The notes under the pieces were generated by a model. It saw only the letters and a list, made by a program, of their open reading frames with translations. It did no database searches and was not told where the DNA came from. This document shows positions 61,022-64,000 of a stretch of DNA of 64,000 bases, piece by piece (the first letter of the stretch is position 1; every line of letters begins with the position of its first letter). The stretch lies in contig CDRNST010000323.1 in assembly GCA_977016875.1 (NCBI GenBank), positions 930,001 through 994,000 on the forward strand, written 5' to 3'. Both the position numbers and the translations under genes were made by a program. The stretch is from Pavona decussata. Taxonomy: Eukaryota.

Positions 61022-61890
61022 ATTGATGCTATAGCAAATAGAAATTTTAGAGTAGTCCGACGTTTCAGTACTGCGTTTTAATGATTGAAGTTTAGTCGGG
61101 TGTCGATTACATCAACATTGTGTCGTGTCGGAAATTCCACCCGGCCGAGATATCGCCTCATGCACACTCGGTACACACGATTTACGCTGCAACGGGAAAA
61201 TGTAAAATGTAATCGACAAAGTGAATAATGATCTAAGCTGAATATATCTTGCAGGTTGTAAATTACGAGATGTTTAAGCTTTGCGTGAGTTGGCTTTGCA
61301 TTGTTTTTAGCAATGATCATGTAGGTGATGACAGCTCGGTAGCTCGTAAGGGCACGCACGCATGCCTTTGTATGTCTGAATCTGTTTCATGAAAACAGTG
61401 AAATAGCTAAGCAATTAAAATGTGTCGAGTTCGATGATAACACAACTTTCAACTCCAGGCTACTACATATCTTTTGTGTGCAGTGAAAATTAGAGACCGG
61501 GAACACTTTCATATCGTGATCATGCCCCTCAGTTTCATTTGGCATTTCATCACTTCCTGAAATTAGTTCTGAGGATTATGCGATCACGCAAGGGAAAAAT
61601 AAAATGTTTAGTTTGTTACGGGCATTCCCGTCGCATTATTGTCAAAACATGAGGTGGGTCAATTTTGAATAAAAGTGAATTTATGTTCGTACAGGAGAAA
61701 TAAAATATAACAATTTATGCTTGTGGACGGCTAACGCAACTGTTCAAAAAAAAGGGTTATTGTTGTTTCTTTTGGAGATATAAGGTTTAAGGTTACTTGT
61801 CCGGGACATACGCAACGTTTTGGCGGTCAAATTGAAATCCTGCATAACCGTTGCTCTTTTCTGTAGCGTGGATTAGGTACTATAACAAAC

Positions 61891-62143
61891 ATGGATGGCC
61901 TTGCAACAATCGCTAAAGATTTGAATGAGCTTCATGAGAATCAGATCGATGATAATTGTGAACATCCCAAAGCACTAAAGGCGAAGTCAAAGCCGAAATT
62001 CGCCATCGTGTTCTGGGTAGAGACAAAACAGTTCAATGTAATGCCCGTATCGAAGATCCGAAAAGAGGACAGAGAAGAGGGGAAAATCACCAAAATCAAA
62101 ACTGAAGGAAAGCAGTGGACAGTCAAATTGGTTCAAATCAGTG
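61891..62143 (+). CDS. Probable first exon of the transposon accessory gene (beta-rich, Tudor-like FAIVFW…WTVKLVQISG)
   Basis: ATG in good context (AAACATGG), protein-like composition, ends at a G|GTAAGT splice donor. Downstream exons were not identified. Confidence 0.45.
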
Positions 62144-63371
62144 GTAAGTGTTGCATCGTTGTTGTTAATCTGGCTTCTAACTCGAGAAATTCCATTAGGT
62201 AACTATTCGTAAAGCCAAGAAATGATGACGCCATTTTATCTTTTAAAGCTTACAAGCTCAGACACTTAGTTCTGAAAACAAGAAACAGCGAGAGTAAGTT
62301 GCAACCTTCTAATGATCCTTTTGGAACTTAGAACAGCAAACTTAAATTTTATGTGGGTGAGACTACAGAAAGGGTTTATTGGTAGAGCCATTAAACATGA
62401 ATATATTTGACCCGCCAAAATTAACGTACAACAACCCTCGCGTGACAGTGGTTTCTGATCAGTGTTTCGTGACATTTCTACTGTGACCACTGACTGAAAA
62501 AAAGTAGATCGCGTGTCTTACTGGTTTAGTCACAAACGTCTTCGATGGTGTAAGTTGCCGTCCAAATTTAAAGTCAAGCTTGGATTCAAACTTGGTTAAA
62601 CCTTCCTAGTAACCTCTTGAATAATAATTGTTTTTTTTAACCCAAGAATGATAGCTTATAAACTATAATTATTTTTTTTTTGTAAGACAGTCGATCGAGA
62701 GGGCTTTTCATTTTCATGTAACCAGGCCTGCCACGTTTGATTTTCAACCAGGTTTTCTACCCGTCTTCTGTCAACATGCCTACAATTGTACTTTTTTTGG
62801 TCTTTTTATATGTTCAGGAACTGAGATGAAGTCTTGTCGAGATCTGTTTTTTCATTAATAATACGGCATACTACAGATACACAAAATTTAAGCTTATTCA
62901 TCAGTCGAATCGAACATGCAAGTTATTAAACGCGCTGATGTATTCATATCGAAGGAAAATGTTCAAAATATATTTCACACCAGGTAGTCTGGAGCTGATG
63001 TACTCTACGCAGTCGACAAAATCAATAAGAATGGTTTTGGTCTGTGTACAAAACACTATCAAAAGAACAGTGGATGTGTTTAGCTTTCACATACTTGTAC
63101 CTGGTAAATTCTTTACAGCAGTAAGCTTAATTCAAGTTTACCAACATTGAAGTAATATTAGAAAAACACCAGCCACTGAAAAGGACTTCGTTTCATTTCG
63201 AAAAGCGAGTACATTACTGATACTGCACGTTATACGAAATTAGGGACTTTAAGAAACCACGACGGCAACGCCAAGGAAAACGTTACTTTAAAAAGAAGTT
63301 CGCGTTACTTGTATATACTACTTTGTGATTTTTAAAATATTCCAATTCGTTCAACTTGTACAATGTAGTTG

Positions 63372-63405
<34 letters not shown>

Positions 63406-63649
63406 GGAATAATTGTTTTATCAAATTCTCCCCGTTTGGATATTGATGTTAAAGTGTAAAGAATTTTATTTTAGGTAAAAATTTCTTTGAAATTAAAACG
63501 ACCGGATGTTGAGGCAACTTCCGACCAAAGCCCGCTAAACTATGATCACATGACACGCGCAACTCATTGCAAACGGAGTTGAATGAAAAATCGAAAGCGA
63601 AATAGGTCGGACGCAGCCCCCACAGCCGGACATCTCAAATTCAAGAAAC

Positions 63650-64000
63650 GTTCAAGTGTACGAGTAACAACCTTTCTGAGAAATGCATTCAAGTGCTTTT
63701 GAAGTTCCAGCTGATCGAGAAGCGTAATAGTTGTGCACATTTGAGCAAATGTTTTGCTTTGTGGAGCCGAGCGCGAAGGAAGGGATCAAGGACGGCTTTT
63801 TTTTTATGCTGAACTGAATTCCTCGCAGACGTTTTAAAACACATAAGGCAAGCCGAGTCCAAGTGTACGAGGTACAACCTCACTGAGACAAGCTTTCAGT
63901 GCAAGTTTTTAAACTTCGAACTTATCGAGAAGCGTAAGAGCTGTGCACATTTGTGCAAATGTTTTGCTGAGTGGTGCCGAGCGACGGAAACGAACATTAT
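63650..64000. repeat. Degenerate tandem repeat with a ~210-bp period
   Basis: CAAGTGTACGAG..ACAACCT and ATCGAGAAGCGTAA.AG.TGTGCACATTTG.GCAAATGTTTTGCT each occur twice. Confidence 0.75.

Larger units (their letters stand above)
59073..64000. mobile_element. Probable CACTA/EnSpm (CMC)-like DNA transposon remnant truncating unit 5; right end not seen
   Basis: Unit homology stops at ...GAAGCAT|CCCGTACG. Repeated (C)TGCAG-like subterminal motifs over 59090-59400. Two divergent coding remnants inside. Confidence 0.5.

Overview
AT-rich, repeat-dense eukaryotic DNA. The MITE, SINE and retroelement families look cnidarian, so a stony coral is my inference; this is not proven. The backbone is a head-to-tail tandem array of five intact, intronless ~550-aa genes on the + strand (starts 3205, 14828, 26396, 45260, 54554), each in a duplicated unit of ~9.3-11.6 kb (counting unit 3 without its DIRS insertion). 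Each gene encodes an uncharacterised ~280-aa helical N-terminal domain fused to an NHL beta-propeller, with no RING or B-box. The N-terminal domain occurs in two subtypes, A (copies 1-2) and B (copies 3-5). The propeller framework and the 3' non-coding flanks are nearly identical between copies, while short loops in every blade are hypervariable and indel-rich. The 5' flank, N-domain and 3' spacer group the copies in mutually discordant ways. Together this suggests a recombining, diversifying sensor-effector (immune or recognition) family, and it is my best candidate for an undescribed system. Larger mobile elements: an open-frame Gypsy (Mag-like) element running off the left edge; a complete but degenerate DIRS1 retrotransposon (29503-38856, ITRs plus ICR, empty site visible in a paralogous unit) carrying a nested full-length Gypsy element (32473-37291, 222-bp LTRs, GCCCC TSD); and a CACTA/EnSpm-like element truncating the last unit. 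Smaller elements: non-coding elements with a DIRS/Crypton-like ICR layout, L1, R4 and CR1-type LINE fragments, many MITEs and a tRNA-like repeat. There are two assembly gaps.
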